Positions 62,980-64,000 of a stretch of DNA of 64,000 nt are shown piece by piece. Where the stretch lies: positions 17,796,001 through 17,860,000 of the forward strand of contig CM059432.1 of the NCBI GenBank assembly GCA_030390025.1, given 5' to 3'. Position 1 is the stretch's first letter. Every line of letters begins with the position of its first letter. This stretch comes from Squalus acanthias. Its lineage: Eukaryota. A program made the translations under genes and the position numbers. A model generated the notes under the pieces. The model saw only the letters and a program-made list of their open reading frames with translations. It was not told where the DNA came from and did not search any database.

Positions 62980-64000
62980 GGCCCTGGAGACGCAAATGGG
63001 CAGAGAGTGACGTCACGCCGACTTAATGTCACGCACTACGAACTTTGACCAGAGCTCTGAGTTCAGCGCTGGGTCCTAAGCTCGCTCTGAAAAGCGAGCG
63101 TTCAGCACACTGACAGAGATGCTGTCAGCACTTCTTAAAGGGACACACACATCTTTCAGGTAAGTTTGCATTTAAGCTTTTGGACTGGATTTTTTTTATT
63201 TTATTGAAGTAGTGGCTTGGTGCAATACATGTTAAAAGTATTTTAAGTGTGCAGGGAGTGCAGGGAGTACTGCTGGATGGTTGCAAGACATCAGAAGGAA
63301 GGCCTCTGAGAAGACAGAAAATGCTGGGAATATTCAGCAGGTCAGGCAGCATCCGTGGAGAGAGAAACAGAGTTCACATCTCAGGTCGAGCTGCTGCCTG
63401 ACCTGCTGAGTATTTCCAGCATTTTCTGCTTTTATTTCAGAATTACAGCATCCGCTCGCAGAGGGAAAAGGAAGAAGCAGAAGAGGAAGAAACAGAAGAG
63501 GAGGAAGCAGAAGAGGAGGAAGCAGAAGGAAGGATGCAACCCAGACAGCCCCTTTCTGGCTGGGATATCCAGGATGAAATCATCCGCCTGCGGTACCAGT
63601 GAACACAACCCCCTTTCAACATTTGTCCCACTCCTTACCCTCACTCCTTATTGACCACCACAGCGTCCTCTTGGCCACAATGCTGAAATAAAATCCACCA
63701 CAAAGCAAACCTTGCAATCCATCTTTATACATCTATGCTATTGAGTAGCTGGGAGTGTGAAATCCAGTGACGGTGTTTCTTCTTCTTCTTCTTCTTCTCT
63801 CTCCTCTCCCTCTTCTTGGTCAAGCACTGGCTCGGCAGGCTGCATTTCTTGGGTGTGTGAAATGAGGAAGGCACAAGGGTGGAGTTGTGGTGAGGGAAGG
63901 GCAGGAAAGCAAGAGGTGTATGTGAGAAGGAGGATAACGTATGAGGAGACCAGCATCTTTTATCCTTTCAGCCCCGCCGCTGGCCAGGGGTTCAGCCATG
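62980..64000. mobile_element. Probable Harbinger deletion derivative with a nested inverted Penelope pLTR (about 63312-63452)
   Basis: ttaaaggg...CAGGTAAGT leader resembling other Harbinger copies here; acidic transposase-like C-terminus EEEEAEGRMQPRQPLSGWDIQDEIIRLRYQ ending near 63602. Confidence 0.5.

Noticed and set aside
62960..63170. Perfect CRE (TGACGTCA near 63007) with CCAAT and a splice donor as a host promoter and first exon
   Set aside because: The ttaaaggg...caggtaag layout recurs in other Harbinger copies here (about 22980, 24010, 51660), so a transposon origin is more likely.
63355..63654. Basic ORF with RRGKRKKQKRKKQKRRKQKRRKQK as a fourth protamine-like gene
   Set aside because: It is an alternative frame of a purine-rich repeat encoding an acidic, Harbinger-like tail, and it starts inside a Penelope pLTR. 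No CArG, TATA or shared 3' block.
1..64000. True protamine genes (scylliorhinine Z1/Z2/Z3/S4 types)
   Set aside because: I saw no poly-Arg or Cys/Lys-repeat ORF matching them. ORFs under 60 aa are absent from the track, so a very short or spliced one could have been missed.

Overview
Repeat-rich vertebrate genomic DNA, very probably from a cartilaginous fish (shark), judged from the repeat families and the genes. Most of the window is decayed transposons: CR1, L2, RTE and Tx1 LINEs, SacSINE1-like Deu-SINEs, two Penelope families carrying hammerhead ribozymes, and PIF/Harbinger elements and MITEs. The host-gene content I can support is a cluster of three co-oriented, intronless, very basic genes 11-13 kb apart. 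14973-15239 and 26165-26416 match, from my recollection rather than a search, the dogfish spermatid-specific intermediate nuclear proteins S1 and S2. A third paralogue I do not recognise, at 38916-39083, encodes a 55-aa Lys-rich protein and still carries a decayed copy of the S1/S2 C-terminal domain after its stop codon. All three share a 3'-UTR/polyadenylation block and TACC(A/T)6GG CArG boxes about 125-205 bp upstream of the ATG, which suggests one MADS-box/SRF-type regulatory programme. Most ORFs in the supplied track are transposon fragments or chance frames. Transposon boundaries are approximate unless a TSD or TIR is quoted.
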